Below are positions 10,348-18,283 of a stretch of DNA of 18,283 nt, one piece after another. The stretch is from Octopus sinensis (lineage: Eukaryota), in NCBI RefSeq assembly GCF_006345805.1, contig NW_021824450.1:1-18283 (forward strand). Reading direction: 5' to 3'. The position numbers were made by a program, and so were the translations under genes. The notes beneath the pieces are model-generated. The model did not search any database. It was not told the DNA's origin and saw nothing but the letters and a program-made list of their open reading frames with translations. Every line of letters begins with the position of its first letter. Position 1 is the first letter of the stretch.

Positions 10348-10586
10348 CATACATACATACATACATACATACGTAAATACATACATACATACATACGTAC
10401 ATACATACATACATATATACATACATACATACGTACATACATACATACGTACGTACGTACATACATACATACATGGATACATACATTCATACATAGATAC
10501 ATACATACATACATAAGTACATACATACATACATACATACATACATACATACATACATACATACATACATACATACATACATACAT
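9917..10586. repeat. (TACA)n tetranucleotide array with periodic variant units
   Basis: Read directly. The CGTAAAT variant recurs six times. Confidence 0.97.
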
Positions 10587-10611
10587 AAATTACATATATA
10601 CATACATATAA

Positions 10612-11025
10612 AGGCGCAGGAGTGACCGTGTGGTAAGAAGCTTGCTTTCCAACCACATGGCTCCGGGTTCAGTCCTGCTACGTGACACCTTCTACAAGTG
10701 TCTTCTACTATAGCCTCAGAAGGTTAAATCCTTGTGAGTAGACTTAGTAGACGGAAACTGAAAGAAGCCTGCCGTACACACGTGTGTGTGTTTGTGTGTG
10801 TGTTCGTGCGTGTGCGTGTGTTTGTCTTTATGGTTTATGTTTGTCCCCCACCACCACTGGATAACCGGTGTTGGCATGTTTACGTCCCTGACAAAAAGAT
10901 AGCGATAGTATAATAACCAGGGTTTAAAAAAATAATTCATTCAGTCGATTTGTTCGACCAACACCTTCAAGACGGTGCACCAGCATGGCCGCAGTCAAAG
11001 TACTGACACATAAGTAAAATAAAAT
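10612..11025 (+). mobile_element. Near-complete tRNA-derived SINE (family S1): head, (TG)n linker, tail, A-rich end
   Basis: A-box-like tgaccgtgtgg and B-box-like ggttcagtcc. Head is homologous to 8108-8251 and 17963-18110(-); tail to 9075-9310(-) and 17440-17660(-). Ends in taaaataaaata. Confidence 0.75.
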
Positions 11026-11064
11026 AATATATACATACATAGATATATGTAAGGGGAATTTTCC

Positions 11065-11512
11065 TTGTTTTGTATGTCCTGTACTCTATTTTTTCGTTGT
11101 TTAAGAATATGTCCATTTCCTTGGTTTTGTGTTTATGTTTTCGTTTCTCATTGTGTTCGACGTTTTCTTGGTGTCCTGTACCCATATATGCATGTATATA
11201 TACATGTAGAGGCGAGCTGGCAGAATCGTTAGCACGCCGGGCGAAATGCGTAGCCGTATTTCGTCTTCCGTTACGTGTTCTGGGTTCAAATTTCGCCGAG
11301 GTCCACTTTGCTTTTCATCCTTTCGGGGTCGATAAAATAAGTACCAGTTACGTTCTGGGGTCGATGTAATCGACTTAATCCCTTTGTCTGTCCTTGTTTG
11401 ACCTCTCTGTGTTTAGCCCCTTGTGGGTAGTAAAGAAATATATATACATGTAGAGGTAGGTACGTACATATATGTATGTATATATGCATATGTTTTATTT
11501 ATTAATTTGTTA
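11065..11512. repeat. Dispersed repeat (family X) interrupted by a SINE
   Basis: 11085-11210 plus 11457-11510 aligns to the uninterrupted copy at ~17680-17850. Confidence 0.75.
11211..11438 (+). mobile_element. tRNA-derived SINE (family S2), full length with TSD
   Basis: ggcgagctggcagaatcgttag (A-box-like)...gggttcaaatt (B-box-like)...tttcatcctttcggggtcgataaaataagtaccag (resembles the conserved Nin/Deu-type SINE domain). Flanked by the direct repeat TATATATACATGTAGAGG at 11195-11212 and 11439-11456. Second copy at 14028-14236. Confidence 0.85.
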
Positions 11513-11585
11513 GTATATATACATATATATATATTTATTTATTTATTTATTTACATACACACAGACAGACACACAAACACACACA

Positions 11586-11618
<33 letters not shown>

Positions 11619-12445
11619 AGACACACACACACACACCTAGTTAGGGACAGTGGAATACCAGGCTACGATGACTTAGCGAAAGTCGGCGTAGGTGTAAATA
11701 GACGACCTGGCCCAGTCATCGGTGTAGAGGCAAGCTTCTAGTTGTGATCGGAGAACCAGTTTCAGATTACGTACGTTTAGACAGTGCGTCTGTGTTACAA
11801 CCACTTAGTGGCGCTGTTTGCCGCCATGGCTAGTGTCGGCGGGTATCTCTGACGGCACCTCGAAACCTGGGTACCATTATATATAAACGCACCCTGCTAC
11901 CCAAACTTCTCTCTCCCTCTCTCCCTCGCTCTCTCTTTCTCTCTCTCTCTCTCTCCCTTTTCCTGTATCCTTCGTACTCCTCCCATTTTGTCTTCCACTT
12001 TTTCACCGTCTTTCTTTTTATCTTTCTCCTCTTTTTCTTTCTGTCTGTCTATCTTTCTATCTTTCTTTCTTTCTGTCTATCTGTGTCTCTCTTTCTCTCT
12101 CTCACCCCTCACGCAGACACACACGCGCGCACTCACACATAGACGCTCACAGACACACGCAGGCACTCATTCTCACACTCGTACCACTACACATGCGCAC
12201 GCACAACACACCATACACACTTACATCCATTCATTCACATGTTCTCACATACACACCAGCACCACACCCACACACTTCTCTCTCTTCCTCGTTCTCTCTC
12301 ACACACACCACACACTCACACACGCACACACACACTCACTCATATACACACGCGCTGCCATACACGCTCGCGCGTACGAAATACGGTTTCGATTCCGGCA
12401 GTTTCCGTCTCCTGGCCGAATACATTGAACATAAACAGCCTAAAC

Positions 12446-12680
12446 CCGTAGTTCCCAAACTTTTTCAGGCTGTCGCCCCCTTGGCACCCAGGCCACATTC
12501 CTAGCGCCCCCTTACCCTCCCCACCACAGTTATAGACCACCTTTCTGCAGCAAATTCAAAACAACTTTATTTCGCAAATAAAACTTAAACCTAATTACCC
12601 CATCGGTATTTTTTTTACATCTATCGCCCCATTTTGACCACTCCATCATCATCAAACTTATCTTCAACGCCCCCCTCCTC
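12446..12680 (+). mobile_element. Possible hAT (Charlie-like) non-autonomous element fragment
   Basis: CCGTAGTTCCCAAACTTTTT resembles the CAGTGGTTCCCAAACTTTTT termini of hAT-Charlie elements, with repeated CGCCCC subterminal motifs. No matching right end seen. Confidence 0.4.
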
Positions 12681-13215
12681 TGGATCTTTCCAGGATCTTT
12701 TCTAAAAGATGGACAGAATTTCTACTTAACTAAATAATTTGAAACTTCGTATACTGGTAGAATGTGTCAAAAGAAAACATTAATTTCAATTAGTTTTTTT
12801 GAGAAAATTGTATTTTGTAACTTTTACGTAGTTTAATTCTTACGTAGTTTAATTTTAACCAATGAAATCGCAGCATTTGAGCTAAATTCAGTTGAGCTGC
12901 GTCGGGAGGATATTGAAGAGCTGTGGACCTCTGAAGCCCAGGCTATTGCAGTATCTTGTCCTACATCTTGATGGCAAATTTGGAGTCCTTGGCACTATGC
13001 AGTGGCGCCCAGTTCTAGTATTTATGTAACTGTCGATGGCAAAGTTTGGGACAAGGCCTTCCAGGATCTTCCAGATGTATATTATGGCATATCTTTCTCG
13101 CCTACGCTCTAAGGAATAGAGTCTTAATCTCTCGAGTCTTTCCCAATAACTTTATGCTACATAGAGGCTATCTTCTTCGTGTAGCTTCGTTGGATTATAT
13201 ATATATAATATATAT

Positions 13216-13268
<53 letters not shown>

Positions 13269-13270
13269 TA

Positions 13271-13391
13271 AAGTTAATCCAAACATGAAAACACAAAGAA
13301 AAACACAACAATGCGAGGACGTGGAACAAATATAGTATTATTGGACGCTCAGGAAAGAAGAAAAGAAGGAGGGTTTAACGTTTCGAGCGGA
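13271..13391 (-). mobile_element. Family P1 repeat, truncated within the hammerhead-like motif
   Basis: Reverse complement reads tccgctcgaaacgttaaaccctccttc...cctgagcgtccaataatactatatttgttccacgtcctcgcattg...ggattaactt, matching 1315-1380 and 16911-17004. Confidence 0.7.
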
Positions 13392-13590
13392 TATATATAT
13401 ATATATAATATATATATATAATATATATATATTATATATATATATTAGTATACAGTTATATTTCGGATTATTGACGTTTTTTCATTTGCCAAATAAACAC
13501 ACGCACTTCACTTCAGATTATTATTGTTCTTTCGTGACGCATCCTGTCACCACTTCAGCGGCTCTTCATAAGTTTTTTTAATACAAGAAA

Positions 13591-13840
13591 ATATTTTTTT
13601 TCCAACATGCAAATACTGAACTGTATATATAAAGGATAAAATCCTTTTAAGAGCTGAAAAATCTGCCTGCAACCAGGCATGAGGCAGTTTGGCTTAAAGG
13701 GTAGAGCGCCCCAACCGGATATTGGAGAGCTGTGAGTTCGTTCCTCGTGGCTGGTTGCCGGCAAAATTTATCTGCTTTTAAAAGGATTTTATCCTTTATA
13801 TATATACTGTTCAGTATTTACGTGTTGAAAAAAAACATAT
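13591..13840. repeat. Long imperfect inverted repeat (arms ~13591-13684 and ~13743-13840)
   Basis: The reverse complement of the right arm aligns to the left arm over ~95 bp with roughly ten substitutions and a few small indels (by-eye alignment). Confidence 0.9.
13683..13756 (+). pseudogene. tRNA-like cloverleaf (tRNA pseudogene or SINE head)
   Basis: D stem GCTT/GAGC (13692-13707); anticodon-like stem CCCCAA/TTGGAG with 7-nt loop CCGGATA; T stem GTGAG/CTCGT with loop TTCGTTC; weak acceptor stem GGCAGTT/GGCTGGT. The non-canonical loops argue against a functional tRNA. Confidence 0.6.
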
Positions 13841-14027
13841 CTTTCTACTTGTTCTACAACACAATTTCAACGATTCAAAAACAAACTTTTATTTACATAT
13901 GATACGAGAATTTTAATGGAATCAAACAATCTTTAATCAAGATCACTCTCGATGTCTCTCTGCATTAGCATCAGGTGGTAATTGCCGAGTGTTTCACATA
14001 TACGCAATATTGTATTAATATAACACA

Positions 14028-14236
14028 GCGAGTTAGCAGAATCGTTAGCGCGCCGGGCGAAATGCTTAGCGGTATTTCGCCCGTCGCTACGTTCTGAGTT
14101 CAAATTCTGCCGAGGTAGACTTTACCTTTCATCTTTCGGGGTCGATAAGATAAGTACCAGTTGAACACTGAGTCAATATATAATCGACTTATCACCCTCC
14201 CCCATAATCGCTGCCCTTGTGGAAAAATTTGAGACC
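14028..14236 (+). mobile_element. tRNA-derived SINE (family S2)
   Basis: gcgagttagcagaatcgttagcgcgccgggcgaaatgc...gagttcaaatt...tttcatctttcggggtcgataagataagtaccag. Homologous to 11211-11380 but with a different 3' end. Confidence 0.8.
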
Positions 14237-14324
14237 ATTGATATGATCCAACAATTGCTGTGTACAGTGACATTTTCAGGTGAGTAAAGTCGAGGCTTGC
14301 AGGTACTCAGCAATTGTTGGATCA

Positions 14325-14608
14325 TATCAGAGCGTCGGCTGCGGGGTCATTCCGAAAAGCTCTACCTGCGACGATTTCATCTCAATCGAAGGAGAGGAGC
14401 TTTCTCCGTCCGGGTTGCGGATCCGTGGAACAAGCTGCCAGACGAGATGGTGAAGATGCTGACGACCGCTTTGTTCAAAGCCTCCCTGGACCTCAAGTGG
14501 CCTGAACTCTTTACATGAACACCACCCTGTACTTAACTCCATGTCCCTACATGGCCTTGCTATTTGCTTTTGAGCCAAATTAACTAACTAACTAACTAAC
14601 TAACTAAC
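14325..14608 (+). mobile_element. CR1-like LINE 3' end (ORF2 C-terminus, short 3' UTR, (TAAC)7 tail)
   Basis: RLRGHSEKLYLRRFHLNRRRGAFSVRVADPWNKLPDEMVKMLTTALFKASLD (stop at 14518) fits the CR1 ORF2 C-terminal pattern RGHxxKL...FSxRV...WNxLP...FK..LD. TAAC x7 at 14581-14608. Confidence 0.85.
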
Positions 14609-14670
14609 ATATTAATATAATAATGTGTGTAATATATGACACATTCAGCAATTATTAGCTGATGCTAATG

Positions 14671-15648
14671 TACATACATACATACACACACACATACATA
14701 CATACATACATACATACATACATACATACATACATACATACATACATACATACATACATACATACACATACATACATACATACATACACACATACATACA
14801 TACATATACATACATACATACACACATACATACATATACATGCATACATACATACATACATACACACATACATACATACATACATACACCACATACATAC
14901 ATACATACATACATACATACATACATACATACATACACACATACATACATACATTAATGCATACATACATACAACACACATACATACATACATACATACA
15001 TACATACATACACATACATACATACACACATACATACATACATACATACATACATACATACATACAACATACACACACACATACATACATACATACATAC
15101 ATACATACATACATACATACATACATACACACATACATACATACAACATACATACACAACACATACATACATACATACATACATACATACATACACACAC
15201 AACATACATACATACATACATACATAACATACATACACACATACATACATACACAATACATACATACATACATACATACATACATACATACATACAACAT
15301 ACATATAATACATACATACACACATACATACATACATATACATGCATACATACATACATACACACATACATACATACATACATACATACATACATACATA
15401 CATACATACATACATACAACATACATACATACATACATACATACATACATACATAACAACACACACACATACATACATACATACATACATACATACATAC
15501 ATACATACATACAACACAATACAACATACATACATACATACACACACACATACATACATACAACATACATACATCACAACACACACACCCCATACATACA
15601 TACATACATACACACATACATACATACATACATACATACATACATACA

Positions 15649-15682
<34 letters not shown>

Positions 15683-15982
15683 CATGCATACATACATACG
15701 TACATACATACATACATACATACATACACACACATACATACATACATACATACATACATACACACATACATACATACATACATACATACATACATACATA
15801 CACTCATACATACACACATACATACATACATACATACATACATACACATACATACATACATACATACACATACATACATACATACATACATACATACATA
15901 CACATACATACATACATACATATACATACATACATACATATACATACATACATACATATACATACATACATACATACACACA

Positions 15983-16014
<32 letters not shown>

Positions 16015-16280
16015 CATACATACATACACACATACATACATACATATACATACATACATACATACACACACACATACATACATACATACACACATACATA
16101 CATACATACATACATACATACATACATACACACATACATACACACATACATACATACATATACATGCATACATACATACATACACACATACATACATACA
16201 CACATACATACATACATATACATGCATACATACATACATACACACATACATACATACATATACATGCATACATACATACA

Positions 16281-16314
<34 letters not shown>

Positions 16315-16506
16315 CATACATACATACACACATACATACATACATAATACATACATACATACTTACATACCACACATACATACATACACACATACTACAT
16401 ACATACATACTACTTACATACATTACATACATACACACATACATACATACATACATACATACACACACATACATAACAACCTACATACATACATACATAC
16501 ATACAT
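14671..16506. repeat. ~1.8 kb (TACA)n array with CA/TA variants
   Basis: Read directly. Source of all the YIHT/MYVC ORFs in this interval. Confidence 0.97.
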
Positions 16507-16529
16507 AAGTATATATAATATATATATAT

Positions 16530-16570
<41 letters not shown>

Positions 16571-16719
16571 GTATAATCCGTTTTTACATGTTTTTTTCAT
16601 CATTTTCTTTCTCTTTTTTCATCCCCCCTCTTTTCATCTTCCTCTCTTTCAACCTCTTTTTTTTCCCCCAGTCATTCGCCATGTTGGAGCGCTGAAATCT
16701 GTACGTTCTTTTTTCATTT

Positions 16720-17004
16720 CTCTCTCTGTTTATCTCCTCTTATTCCATTCTGTCGAAGAGCTTAGGCTCGAAACGTAAAGACACTTCCATATTCCATGAG
16801 CGTCAAACTAATACACTTGCTTGTTGTTCTTACACTTGTCTTCCTCTTTTGTTTTTCTCATAAATTTCAACTGTGTGTGCGTGTAATATTGTATATATAT
16901 ATATATATATCCTTCCCTTCTTTCCTGGCGTCAAATAATACTTTAATTGTTCCACGTCCTCGCGTTGCTGTGTTTTCTTCTGTGTTTCTTGTTTGGATTA
17001 ACTT
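16720..17004 (+). mobile_element. Tandem P2 (with hammerhead-like motif) plus P1 repeat fragments
   Basis: CTGTCGA-A-GAGC-TTAG-GCTC-GAAA-CGTA at 16750-16777. The P2 body runs to ~16870; the P1 body is at 16911-17004. Confidence 0.6.
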
Positions 17005-17020
17005 TATATAATATATATAT

Positions 17021-17059
<39 letters not shown>

Positions 17060-17118
17060 CATACATACATGCAGGTATATATATATTATTCTATATATAT
17101 ATATGCATATACATGTAC

Positions 17119-17149
<31 letters not shown>

Positions 17150-17207
17150 CCAACCCATGCTAGCATGGAAAGCGGACGTTAAACGATGATGATGATGATG
17201 ATGATAT

Positions 17208-17242
<35 letters not shown>

Positions 17243-17439
17243 GAATATATATATATTATAATATTTGTATATATTTGTCACTACCTGTCATAAATAGCCT
17301 TTTCTATCTGCAATGTGCATTTTCGTTGATCTCATATTTTACCCTTACATCTCCACGTGTATTTTATATTTCTTTTCGTAACATATTTCTACATATATAT
17401 ATATATATTATATATATATATTATATATATATATGCTTT

Positions 17440-17860
17440 TATTCTTTCATTCTTTTACTTGTTTCAGTCATTTGACTGCGGCCATGCTGGAGCACCACCT
17501 TTAGTCGAACACATCGACACCAGGATATGTTTTTTATGAGCCTAGTACTTATTTTATCGGTCTCTCTTGTTGAACCGCTACATTACGGGGGCGTGAATAT
17601 ACCAGCATTGTCAAGCGATGGTGAGGGGACAAACACACAAACACAGACAGACACACACACAGGCGTATATATGTATGTATTCCGTTTTTTCGTTCTTTGA
17701 AATAGTACGTTTCCATGTTTTTGTTTTTATGTTTTTGTTTCTCGTTGTGTTCTACGTTTTTGTAGGTGTCCTGTACCCATATATGCATGTATGTATACAT
17801 ATAGATGTAGGTATGTACGTATATGCATGTATGCATATGTTTTATTTATTAATTTGTTAT

Positions 17861-17892
<32 letters not shown>

Positions 17893-18110
17893 AATATATA
17901 TATATACATATATATATATATGTATGTATCTATGTATCTATGTATGTGTATGTCTATATATATACGACGGGCTTCTTTCAGTTTCCACTCACAAGGCTTT
18001 GGTCGGCCCGAGGCTATAGAAGACACTTACCTAATGTGCCACGCAGTGGGAGTGAACACAGAACCATATTGTTGGTAAACAAGCTCCTTACCATACGGCC
18101 ATTCTTGTGC
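17440..18110 (-). mobile_element. Family S1 SINE (head 17963-18110, tail 17440-17660) with family X repeat (~17670-17850) nested in its microsatellite linker
   Basis: Head and tail are in the same order and orientation as 10612-11025 on the opposite strand. The linker contains the family X copy and TA-rich sequence. Confidence 0.65.
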
Positions 18111-18283
18111 TGTATATATAAAGATATATATACAGAGAGAGAGAGAGAGAGAGGAGGAGGAGAAAGAAGAAGAAGAAGAAGATTCACCGGGATTTGTTTA
18201 GATTTTTTAATTTCTAGAGACTTAACTCGCTTCACGGGTTTCTCTGATTTTCAAAATTTGGGAGAGAAAAACATGGAGCAAGA

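Noticed and set aside
9811-10656. 190-281 aa MYVC-repeat ORFs
   Set aside because: Same (TACA)n artefact.
11849-11875. CTGACGG...CGAAACCTGGGTA as another hammerhead
   Set aside because: The core ends in GG rather than GA, and I could not form a credible stem II or stem I.
12690-13200. Probable additional repeat fragments (ttccaggatctt at ~12687 and ~13059; local ttacgtagtttaatt duplication at 12824-12854)
   Set aside because: Likely TE-derived, but I could not assign boundaries or a family from the sequence alone.
13683-13756. Functional tRNA-Ser(GGA)
   Set aside because: The anticodon loop lacks U33 and a purine at 37, the T loop lacks A58, the acceptor stem is weak and the anticodon stem is out of register. 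Kept only as tRNA-like.
14645-16576. Long ORFs up to 578 aa (YIHT/MYVC repeats)
   Set aside because: Translations of (TACA)n, which has no stop codon in any frame; no coding signal.

Overview
AT-rich eukaryotic intergenic or intronic DNA made almost entirely of transposable-element debris and simple repeats. I find no intact protein-coding gene. The repeat content (tRNA-derived SINEs separated by (TA)n/(TACA)n/(TG)n tracts) resembles an octopus/coleoid cephalopod genome; this is inference from recognition, not a database result. Recognisable elements: a 5'-truncated, frameshifted RTE-clade LINE (3884-5938, +), a mariner transposase pseudogene with one TIR (8346-9045, -), a CR1-like LINE 3' end with a (TAAC)7 tail (~14325-14608, +), two SINE families, Helitron-like ends, a ~1.07 kb 22-bp minisatellite and two long (TACA)n arrays. 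The long low-complexity ORFs in the track come from these repeats. Most interesting: (i) a dispersed repeat family carrying a non-canonical hammerhead-ribozyme-like motif (three full copies, one truncated); (ii) a ~250-bp foldback with a tRNA-like cloverleaf at its centre; (iii) a minisatellite whose unit appears to be partly built from the RTE 5' truncation point; (iv) a 27-bp inverted repeat at the CR1 5' junction; (v) a SINE insertion with an 18-bp TSD whose empty site survives in a paralogous copy in the same window.
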